Positions 12,780-24,300 of a stretch of 64,000 nt of DNA are shown here, piece by piece. Position 1 is the first letter of the stretch; each line of letters begins with the position of its first letter. The position numbers were made by a program, and so were the translations under genes. Under the pieces are notes generated by a model that was not told the origin of the DNA, did no database searches, and worked only from the letters and a program-made list of their open reading frames with translations. The DNA is from Glaucostegus cemiculus (taxonomy: Eukaryota): assembly GCA_976551045.1 (NCBI GenBank), contig CDPCPM010000043.1:6386001-6450000 (forward strand), written 5' to 3'.

Positions 12780-13170
12780 TTAATATCAGAACAAGTTCAG
12801 TCAGGCAGGGGAGGGTAGGACCAAACTGAGCCCCTTTTCAAGGAAGAAATGGAGTTTGAGGGTAATACTGATGAATGGAGGTCTAGTGAGGCTGGATATC
12901 CATGGGGAAAAAACATACCGGGATTGAGACACAGGCTGGAATCTTATTGAGAAGTTTGTTGGAGGTATACATAAAATAACATACACCAGGAATATGTTAC
13001 AGGCTGGAATCTTGTAAAGGGTTTTGGTGGCTTAAGTATAGAATACTAGATACTTGGAAGACTGAAATTCAGTCAGGAGATTAGTGGGTTTACAGATGCC
13101 CAGGGTTGGAAGAGAGGTCGGAATCTAATCAAGGAATTTAAGTGGTTCACAGAGAGAATAACAGATAACC
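12780..13170 (+). repeat. Degenerate ~68-bp tandem repeat, same family as 10325-10950
   Basis: acaggctggaatctt... and agaataacagata recur with a period of about 65-70 bp. Confidence 0.6.
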
Positions 13171-15272
13171 ATGACTGGCGTTTTGGACATTGTGGGAAGG
13201 ATACAAAATATTGTAAAAGCTGCACTATATATTCATTGGATGGTTCTCAGCACAAGAGATTACTGCTGAAAAGAATGGCTTAAGCTGGTCGCCTTTTTAT
13301 CAATTGCAGAATGAAATGAAAGAAGATCTGAGCCAATCATTCAGGGAGGATCTGCCTGATTGTTTTTGAATTAGACATGCTTGGTTCTAGACTGCCATTT
13401 TAACTTAACCAAAAGAGAACTCTTCTGATGCTATCTCCAGCAACCAGACTGCATTTGTCCTTCACAAAATTCCCAGTTATCAAGGCACGTTTTGTGGTTC
13501 ATTCCACTCTCAGTCTGAAACGGGGCTGAATCAACTTGCAGCCTGGGAAGACAAGAATTGGTTGAATCCCAACCACACTGAGAGGCCGTATTGATCATTT
13601 TAGAACAGGAAAGATGCACCTGTTAGCACTAGGTTTATTTTTAACTTTCCTTTGAAGAGCTTTGAAGCTCACGCAGATGTGCCAGACTCCTATGACTCAA
13701 GTTAAAGGCATTTTGGCACCATCTTCGGCATGGACACCACAGTGGTTGGTGAGAAAGGCCAGCTCACTTTCTCAAAGGCAAAAAGGGATGGACCTTAAGT
13801 GCCAGCTTTGCCAGCAAAACTCACATCTGGAAGTCAGAAGTAATGTTATTTTTAACAAATTTAATTTGTTACTGAACCGTTGTTCTGTGATAATCAGCTC
13901 ACGGAATATGCAAAGTAAAGGTTCCATTTTCTGATTAACTTAAGATGCAACATTTGGACTAAGAAATGCACAGTGACGGAAATTAAGTTGTGACTTAATA
14001 CTACAGGCAACAAGAGTATTTGTCACCAAAATTATGTGATATGAAACCAGGAGCCCCCCCCCCCCCCCCCCCACCCCCATGTGTGCCTACTTAGTAGAAC
14101 CGGGTGGTCAAATGAACTTGAATCTTAGTCTTTGCTGTTGAGTGGTATTCAGTTTGAAAAGTATTTCACTTTCTGTTGCAAGTGAAGCTCAGGGCTGTGG
14201 CAGGCTGACTGATTCTGGGAAGGGTGAGAATTTCACAATCAATCAGCAACAAAAGCTTCTGCAATTTGCTATGTTTTGCACAGCGATTAGGTTGAAAATA
14301 AATGTGAGTGGGCCGGGAGCTGGAGCTGAGAGCAACAGTAAATCCATCAAATAAATCGCACGTTTGTCTGAATCAAGAAACGATTGGCCGACGTTGCAGA
14401 ACTGGAAAGCGGAGCCTGCGGCTGACATACAGTAGGAAGTGGCAGTGAGGTGAATCCCAGGCTCAGCCTAGAACAGCATTGTCTCATGCAGACAGGGAAC
14501 TCTGGTATCCAAGCAGTGGGGGTCAGCAGTGATTGCGGAGTCACAGATGTCCATGGGGGGCTGTGAGCAGGATGGGCAGAATAGCACCTTTCACTCGAGA
14601 CCCTCAGGAAAAGTGACGCAGAGCTGGAGATGCAGTGGCAAAGCTCGGTTCCAATCATGATCGTGCAGCAGCTCTGTTGCGTTTGCATTGTCGCTGGAAC
14701 AAAAGGGGAAGGTTAGGAGATATAGTCACCATCGGGGTATTAAACTAGAGGAAGGCAGGGAGGCTTTGGATTGTGGCTGGAGGTGAAAAGGAACCATCCA
14801 CCAGCAAGATAGGGCTGTCCATTGTAACTGTCCAGAGTCACTGCTTATTCAGGATAACAATCACTGTAACTGCGTTCAACGGAGTAAACACTACTCACTA
14901 TCAACTGTACACAGTGAATATCAATAATGGTCAAAGTGCCAGTCAAACAAAAACTGTTAACAAGAAAGGGAACCAAATACTGGGAGGCAACTTGAATAAG
15001 AACTTTTGTGGAAATTGAAGCCATGTCCTGTACCAGTGAAAGATGATGGCAAATACTAGTACAAAACCTTTCATGAATAGAATGTAACTGGGGTGTGAGA
15101 GAAGGTGAAGTAGGTGTGGAGGATCCATTGTAGGGTACAATGTAAGTAGGAAAGTACAAGGGGATTAAATGCATACGGTTCATGAAAGGGTGGAGTATCC
15201 AAAGAATATGGGGAAAATAGCCTGTTCTAAGTTGGTGGTTTGTTTATTAAAACATCTTTTTGTCCCTCAGAG

Positions 15273-15356
15273 ATGTGGAAAGCAGCAGTGGGCCATAATG
15301 TTAAAGTGGAGCAGGAGAAAGATGGAGATGATTGGGAAACAGATCCTGACTTTGTT
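15273..15356 (+). CDS. HCLS1: HCLS1 coding exon 1 (NTA domain, Arp2/3-binding DDW)
   Basis: ccctcag|AGATG; [28 protein letters not shown]; donor gtaagt. Confidence 0.95.
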
Positions 15357-18300
15357 GTAAGTAATCCTTCTTTGTCCGATCAGATTGACCAAGGATTTTC
15401 TCTGAAGAAAAGTTCATGCACTGGAGAGTGCTGTGTGACCTTGCCCTGTACCCTACACGTCTCTGGGTTTCAGGATTAACCATAAAACCCTTCCTTCCCT
15501 TTCTAGTTACAGGATCTGGACTGAAATGACTCAAGCCAATTTCATTTCACACTTGAACCATGTTTGTAAGGAACATTCCATCCCATTTTGTGTTTTTATT
15601 TTTCTACATTGAATCCTGTCCAATAATTGAGTTGATTTATCCAATCAGAAGCTGAGACATAGAGATTAGAGGGAACCCAAATTGAATATTTGGCTGGTGA
15701 GTTAGTTTTTTGAGTGAGGTTGATGCCTTTGGTTACCCCACATTGATACCTCTTCCAGGAGTACAATGATGCATGTCAGAGCAAGGTCAGGATCAGATGT
15801 TGCTCTCTCTGGTCAAATATGCCCAGGCTTACTCTTGGCCAAGGCATTAAATGCTGGTGAAGACCCACACATGCTTAACCTGTCTACATACAAACTCAAT
15901 TCATATAAATACAAACTCACCTGGTTTAGATTATTTTAATTACAATCAGATAGGTAACATCATTGTCATTTTTACTGATCCTGATTTTTCAATCTGGTAC
16001 CATCATTTTAAACAAAAATAAGTGGAATATTTCTAATCTATTAAACTCCTGAACTGGGATGTGAACTCAAATAACATGTCAATTTGGTTCTTTAATAAAT
16101 TTAGTGGAATATTTTTAAACTCACTGATTCTAAAGAAGTTTCAAAGTATGTGGCACAAACATCAGTGAACCTGTCAGTTGCAATGACGCTGAGTTTAAAA
16201 TATGAAGCAGTAGACTGAGGAACAGGAAGTGGTCAACTCACACTTCCCTTTCTACCCAGTGTAGCTGAGCTGCATTGGTTTTGTATTCAGCTGCAACCAT
16301 CCTCCACCTGAACAAATGGAGACTGAGACCAGTGACTTGACTGCAGCTTATGATACATCGTACGCCCCACTACCCTGCTCTTTTACTCCGTTCCCCTTCC
16401 TCTTCCTAGATCCCTTCCCTATCCACCTCTCCCCTCTCTCCTTTTCTCCCCATCCCCTATACACCCATCACTCATTTTCCTTTCCCTCTACCGCTTCACC
16501 CTTTTCACCCTTCTTCTCCACCTGCCTCATCACTCCTCCCTCTCACTCTCTCCATCTCCCTTCAGTCTCCTCATTCACTATACACACGCTTATTTTCCCC
16601 CTTGATCTCCTTCTCCTAATCTCCTTCATCCCTTCGGTTTCACTCAGACCCTTGATCTCCTTCACCTACCCTTGATCTCTCACTGCCTTCAATCTCATAC
16701 TGCCCTGAGATCTCACTCTGCCCCTTACCCTCATTGCCCTGTCACTCCACCCCTGCATCACTTTTGCTCCCCTTCCTTGCCTCTCATTCCTTTTCTTTCT
16801 TACCCTCTGTTGAATGCTGGCCCTCATGTCCTGGGTACAGAAGCTACTTCAGATTTGCCATACACCGAGCAATCTTACCCACCTGACAGACCAGATGAAG
16901 AGTCTCAACCCGATATGTCCATTTCCCTCCACAAATGCTGCCTGACCCACTGAGTTCCTCCAGCAGTTAGTTTTTCATTACATACCTGGCCACTTCTTTG
17001 GCACTGAAAATCAAAATAACTAGGTGCTAGAAATCTGAATTTAAAATAAAAAGTGCTGGAAGCACTCAGCAGGTTAAGCAGTATCTGTGGAAAGAAAATA
17101 CAGTTAAGTCAGAACTGATGAGGGGTTTTCGATTTGAAGCATAACCTCTATTACTCTTTCCACAAGTTTTGCCTGACCTGCTGAGTGTTTCTAGCTTTTT
17201 CAATTTTTACTTCTTTGGTATTTCCTTTCAAGGCTCAGAAGTCCAACTCTCTCCATAAGTCTGACCTTGAGCACAAGCAATCTGTCCTCTCTGAACTGCG
17301 CTAAACGTCTGAATCACTCTTCTTTGGAACTGGAACTGGACATACTACTCCAGTCTATTTAATGAAGTCTGTGAAGAGGATGCTTTATCAATATCTAACT
17401 GCCTGAGAGAATTGATGGGAAAGTGTAAAGCTTTCACTGCTCCTTGGATACTACTCTGTGCAGTGGATCTGTGTTTGTCCTTTCATCCTCTTTCCCCATC
17501 ACTTGGTTGAAATGGTCATTTCCTCGCTGGTGTGTGATTTTAAGTTATTCCAAGCAGTAGGGGATCTCTGCTAATCTTAATCGGATGGTAAACACTGATT
17601 TTCCAGCAGGGTCACTGAGAAGGAACTCTAGCTGAATGTCTCAAGACCAAGAGCTGCTGAGGCTAACTTGGATGTGAATATAGGAGGAATGATTAATAAG
17701 TTCGCTGATGACACAAAGATTTGTGGTGTTGGGGGTAGTGAGGAAGGTTGTCCAAGTTTACAGCAGGATACAGATCAGTTGGAAAGTTGAGTGGAACATT
17801 AGTGGTGGGTGATGCAACAAGTGGAAGGTGACGCATTTTGGGATGTCAAAGAGGGCGTAGTACATCTATAGTAAATGGTAGCGCTACTAAGGAATGTTGA
17901 TGAACAGAGGGACCCAAGTGTCCAGGCCCATAGTTCCATTAAAGCAACAATACAAGTAGATAGGGCAGTGACAAAGGCATATGCCATGCTTGCCTTCATA
18001 GGTCAGGGCATTGAATATAAGAGTTGGACATTGTGTTGTGACTTTACAAAACACTGATTAGACATCACTTGGAATATTGTGTGCAGTTCTGGTTGCCATA
18101 CTGTAGGAAGGATGCGATTGCGCTGGAGAGAATGCAGACGAGTTTCACCAAGATGTCACCTGAATTGGAGGACTTTAGTTATGGGGAGAGATTGGATGTA
18201 GTAGGCATGTTTTCCAGGAATGAAGGAGGTTGAGGGGTGACCTGATAGAAGTATATAAGATTTATATACTTAGGGTAGGGGTAGGATAGATGGTCAAATG

Positions 18301-21300
18301 CTTTTTCCTGTAGTCGATGTATCAAAACCAAGAGGTTTAAAGTGAGAGGTAGGAGAATAAGGGGAATCTTAGGGTTGATTTTTACACAGAGAGTGATTGG
18401 GATCTGAATGTGAGGTTGTAGAATCAGATACATTACTACATTTAAGAGGCATTTAAACAGAAGTAGGCATGGGTACTGTACTGGTACAGTACAATAGAAG
18501 GATACAGTCCTGGTGAGCACTATCATTCCCTGACTATGAATGGCATCAGGGCTGCAGACATGGCAAAATTACTCTCCAGACAGTACAATTCCACAATTGC
18601 AAGGAGATTGGATGTTGATCATACTGTTTAAGGAATATTGCTCTGTACAATTGAAGAAGGCTCTGTCCTTCTGGTACCTTTCCATTCCAGACTGAAGATT
18701 GGACTCCCCAATATTCTGGCAGTATCTTTGAGGTTGTGGTGTTCCCTCACTACTGCCCACCTGAGATGGACAATTCCACAGTGTTATCACATTGACAGTG
18801 TGACACTTCCTCAGTGCTATCCCACTGACAGTTTGGTGTTCCCTCACGTCTACCCATCAAACAGTGTGACACTCCCTCAGTACTGCCCATCTGGTGATGT
18901 GGTTCTCCTTTAGTACTGCCCTTCTGAGAATGTAGCACTCCCTCATTTCTGCCTTTCTCGTGGTGCGGCAGTCCCTCTGTCTCCGTGACACTGCAGAGCT
19001 CCCTTAGTGCAATACCACTGATGGTATGGTGCTCCCTCACAGTTGTCCATCTAACGGTATAACACTCCCTTAATCCTGCCCGTCTGACAGTGTGGTTCTC
19101 CCTCAGTACTGCCCTTCTGATGGTGCAGCACTTCCTCTGGACTATCCTACTGAGAGTGCAGTGCTCACGTATTACCATCCCACTGAGTGCAACACTCTCT
19201 CAGTACTGCCCTTTTGATGGTACAGGACTCTCTCAGTATGGCCCCACCAGCAGGGCAGTACTCCCTCAATCTTTCCCCTCAGATGGCGCAGAGCTCATTT
19301 AGTATTGTGCCACTCTGTCTGTATAATCCCATCCGATAATGCAGTGCTATCTCAGTACCCTTCTACTAGCTGAGGGTTAGTCCCTAGGTTCTATCCCACT
19401 GACAATGTGTCCATCAATACTGCTCCTCCAATATATGTATCCCACTGAATTCTAAGGAGGAATGTTATTCTGAAACAAGGGTTCACTCCATTCCCAGCTG
19501 CATCACTGATTGTGGTTCCTATTCTCTGCTGTTTCAGAATGACATTTCAGAACAGGAGCAACGATGGGGAGCAAAATCCGTCGATGGGTCTGGTCGGCCC
19601 CAGCACGTCAAGTAGGTACTGGGAGAAACTCGGACACTGACTTGCACAGATTCTGTGTTTACTGGGAAGTGTTGTAGCAGGGCAGCAGTTGAGACTATAT
19701 TAGGTATGGTGACACGATCAGGGATTATCTTCCTTGTCACCTTAACCAAGTACAGTGCAGGAAAGTTTAGAGAAATGTTGTTCATGAGCAATGGTTGCAA
19801 GCCAAGTTTATAGTAACCAGAGGTGGCAGTGCCCTACTGCACACCTGTTGGTGCTGCTGCTCCCACTATGGTGTTAGGTGGGGAAATGGAAGACACTGAC
19901 CCACTGATGTTGGAATCAGGATATGGTGTGTGGCTTTGAAGGGGTTATATTGGAATGTTTACGTAACTATGTTCTTACGGTAATTCATGGAGGAGGGAGA
20001 TGCTGCAAACTCACGGCATTGGCAACTATTCCGGTATGACCTGGGGTGCCTTGTAATTTATGAAATTTAACAAAGCTCCAGGAAATTCTGGGCGATCTCC
20101 AGGTCTTGCTTTCTCCTATCTTCTCTCATTTTCTGCCACACACTGGTAGTCCTCTTGTAGCAGTGAAAGGTGGCTGGTGCACTGCCTCCACAGAATACAG
20201 CAACCACCCCTCAGTGAGGGCCTGAATATATGGGAAGAGATCTGTCACCTGGTCTTGGGTATGAAAAATGTGTTCAATGCTTTTTCTTTAATAGATCTTG
20301 TATTTTACCTCTGTTTCTGTTATGCTTAAAAACTATATAACTGTTAACTTACTGAAATGTAAGTAGTTATATTTAAAATATAACTTCATTATCATACACG
20401 ATACAAGACTTGTCAGACGTTTCTTACAGAATATCTTCAATAGAAGGGAATGTGCGGTCTTGAGTACAACTGGTGGCCTGTGTTCTTGCATTTAGGACCA
20501 CCAAGGACAAGTTTCTCTCCTTTTACCTCTTGACTGGAAAGCTTTTGAACTAAATTGAGTATGCATAGAATCATAGAATAGTTACAGCACAGAAGGAGGT
20601 CATTCAGCCCATTATGTCCCTTCCATCTCTCTACCAGAACAACCCATTATTTCCACCCCCTGACTCCTCTTTTGCAAATATTTTCTCTCCAATATATTTA
20701 TCCAATTCCATGTTGGAACCTGCATCCACCTCACCTGTAGGTAGTACTTCCAGATTCCAACTACACATTGTTATTCCTCATGTTACTCTTCATTCTCTTC
20801 TCCTTTATTTTATTCCTATGACTGGGGGGGGAGACATCCTCCCACTGTCCCCTCTGTACAAGCCCCCAGGGTTGTTGGAAGCATTAAAATCACAGCTTCA
20901 GTGGTAAGCAGGTAATATTTTCAGTGTTTGTAAAGTCTGTTGACTCCAGTGGTAAATGTCATTCACAGAAAGGCATTGTGCATTTATACAAGTTGTTGCA
21001 GGTGCTACGTATATGGAGGTTGTTTTTGCAGCCAGTGCCTGTGACCTGTAGGGTCTCAGGGTCGACTAAATGTAAAAGTTGCCGGGTCTGGAAGGGGTTT
21101 TGACAGGTTCCTGCAATTTCCCTGGAGATGGTGCAGAGTGGTCATTGAGTCCAATGACAGGGACATTGATCAAACCAACTGTCTGCTGAAAAATATTGAG
21201 CTTCTTGAGTGTTGTTGGAAAGGTAAATCCAATAAATAGGTTTACTTTTTGAAAACTTCTGGACTGGCCAGTCCAAAGCAGAACTAATCTAGCGTGACTG

Positions 21301-24300
21301 CAGCTAAAGCAGGTGGATTGTGACAGCCTCTGGTCTGCTGGATATGTTCTGCAGCTTGTGCATTGTTGCTGCTTTGCAGTTTCCAAGTTTCCTTTTTTAA
21401 GTTTGGTTATGTGGTTTACTTGCTGGGGGTGGGGAAACAAGTCATCACCATGGCGACGTCAGGCAAGGATGTCATGAGCAGCTCTTGTATATCACCAAAT
21501 TAGGACATGTGTAGAAAGCGTGTAACATCTTAGCACAGAAAGAAAACTTCCGGGTTCTCCAATGAGATCAGAGATGTTATGTTGTGGCACCTTTATTAGT
21601 AGGAAATCTGAAAAAAAATTGTCGTCTCTTTTTGCTCCAGATTACAACAAAATCAAATTCTGCCCCATCTCCCAGGACTGACTGAAATGCCAATCATTCA
21701 AGTGGGACCTTGGCCTCCCTCTAAGTGTAGATGCACACTACACCTGTCAACTTAGGCAGGCAGGCATTGGAAAAAAACAGGCACGTCCTGGTACAAAAAC
21801 ACCCAGTAATTGGGAAGAATAGTCCAGAAGAATTGTGGCTGATGCATAAAACTGAAATACCATCTTCCTGTTCACATGGTCAGGGAGATTTTGAGGAGGA
21901 ACTCAGATGTGTGCTTTAACTGTCCTGACCAATATTCCTCCCTTAGTTAATTCTACTGGTCATTTATTTCATAGTAGTTTGTGGAACCTTATGTGGAAAT
22001 TGGCTGCTCTATTTGTCTGCACTGCAATGGGTCATGAATTTTTCTGGAACTTCTGAGAATGTGAAAGTTGCTCTGTAAATGCAAGGGTATTAAATGCAAT
22101 CTGTAAATTAAGGAGTTGTCTGGATCATTTGAGGAATCGACCTAGAGACAGAATCAATGCATACCATTCTTAAATCTTTGGTTAATCATCTTGCCATCCT
22201 TGCAGTGGTCTGTGGTTGAGGGAGGATGACATATTATGCTGCAGTAAAACAGCTAGGAGGCAGTACAGCCATCTGTGAAATGTGTAGATATACCATCCTC
22301 TTGTAAACTGAATATAAGATGCTGCCTTTGGAACTTATATGGTGCCCACATTACTGATTTCATACTGTGCTGCCTGTACTTCTGGTTTGCCTGGAATTCT
22401 AGGGTATTTGTGGTGCCAGGATAGCGGAGTGTCAGTGGTGCAGAGGGACACTGAGCTTCTGAAAGGTTGGAGTTTCTAGGCTGTACATTTCCGGGTTTTC
22501 AGGATTCCTGTAATACTGGGGTTTCTATATGCAGGCTCCTGAGGTTACCGGTTCCTGCAGTTCTGGGGTTGGTGGGGTGTGGGGTGCCTGAAGTGTGGGG
22601 TCTCTTGGGCACCAGTTCCTATGGTACTGGGGTTTCTGGGGTGCTGCAGAATCTGAAGTTTGGTTACCTGGTGTTCTTTCCAGGATCTGGCTTTCTCTGG
22701 TGCTGCAGTTCCACATTTTTAAGTTTACTGAGGGTTTCTGTCTCTGATACATTCAAGCCGAGGGCGCCAGATCCCTACCATCCTCTGGGGGAAGGTTTCC
22801 CCATTTTCTCTGTATTCCTTCTTCCAATTACTTTAAGCTGTGCCCCATAGTTCTTAACCTTTCATCTAAGGAGTGTAAGTCTTCTTATATACTCCATTGA
22901 GGCGCCTCATAATTTTATATACCTCAGCTAAGACTCTCCTCTGCCTCCTGTGTTCAAACAACCACAGCCCATTCAATCTTTCCTCATAACTAAAATTTCC
23001 AATGCATATATATCTCTTCTGTGCACTCTCCAGTTTGATCACATCTTTCCTGTACATGTTCCATTCCATTTGCCACCTGTGGCTGGTCTAATTAGTTTTG
23101 TAGTTAGTGGTAATCCCCTGTATGTTGATGGTGGAGATTTGGCAATGATAATGCTATTGAATGCCAAGGTTAGAATTTCTCTTATTTGTGATGGTCATTG
23201 CTTGACATTTCTTTGGCGTAACTATTATGTGCTATGGTACCAGAATATTATTCATGATCTGCAGACTGTTCTATCACCTGAGCAGATGATAATGATTGAA
23301 CTTTGTGTGATCATCAGTGAACAACCAAAAGTCTGGCCTTAAGATGGAGGAACAGTCATTGATGATGCAGTTGAGGGTGAATGTAGCTCCTGCAGTCCTG
23401 TAGTGATGTCCTAGGACTGGGCTGATCAACCTCCAGCAACCACAGCCATCTTTCCTTGTGCTAGATGTAGCTCCAGCTAATGGAGAATCTTCTCTTAGTT
23501 GCCATTAACTTAAACTTTACCAAGGTTTCATGATATTGCACTCAGTCAACTGGGCAGGGCAGTCACTCTGATCACATCTATGCTATTCAGCTCTTTTGTC
23601 CATACTTGGACCATGGCTATAATGTGTCTGGAGCTGTGTGGTCTGGGCTGAACATCAGGGAAAAGGTTATCGGTCAGTATATCCACGTGCTGACACCATC
23701 AATCTCACCACCCACCACTTTGCTGATGACTGAGCACTTCCCTGGATGAATTGTGCTGCAAAACACTCAAGAAGCTCAGTGCCATTCAGATCAAAGCAAT
23801 TACTTCACTGGCTTTCAAATCGATCATCCTAAACATTCTCACACTACTACCATGACTGCAGCAACTTGCCAAACCTATTCTGACAGTATGTTGGAAGCCT
23901 GTAAACTCTACCACTGAGAAGGATAAGTGCAGCAGGCAGCTGGGAAATTCTCCGGCTAGTCACCCACTTACCTAACTTGGAAATAGAGCACTGTTTCTTC
24001 ATTATCACTGGTTTAAATCTCGGAACTCTTTATCCAATATCTCCATGGGAATACCTTCACCAGATGGACTGTGGTCGTTCATAAAGGCAGTACACCACCA
24101 TCTTCTTAAGAGCAACTAGGGGTGGTTAGTAAACGCTGGTTGTACCAGTAATGCCAACCTCTTGTTAAATGAATAAAACAAACTAAGAGTAGGATGATAG
24201 GAAGAGGCAATGGGCAGATTGAATTTGTTTTGCTTTGTATGGATCAGGCAGACCTGGGCGAGTTTCTACATTGTTGATGGATGGTGGTGTTGTAACTGTG

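Noticed and set aside
13640-13934. Possible extra HCLS1 5' exon or 90-aa ORF after a ctttgaag acceptor-like site
   Set aside because: No recognisable homology and no clear matching donor, so it cannot be supported from sequence alone.
14054-14078. Poly-C run as a functional G4 element
   Set aside because: A simple homopolymer with no further support; its length is error-prone in assemblies.
18700-19430. Periodic 33-bp array (and the 28-bp array at 27762-28320) as CRISPR-like
   Set aside because: Units are contiguous and degenerate with no unique spacers, there are no cas genes, and the context is a eukaryotic intron.
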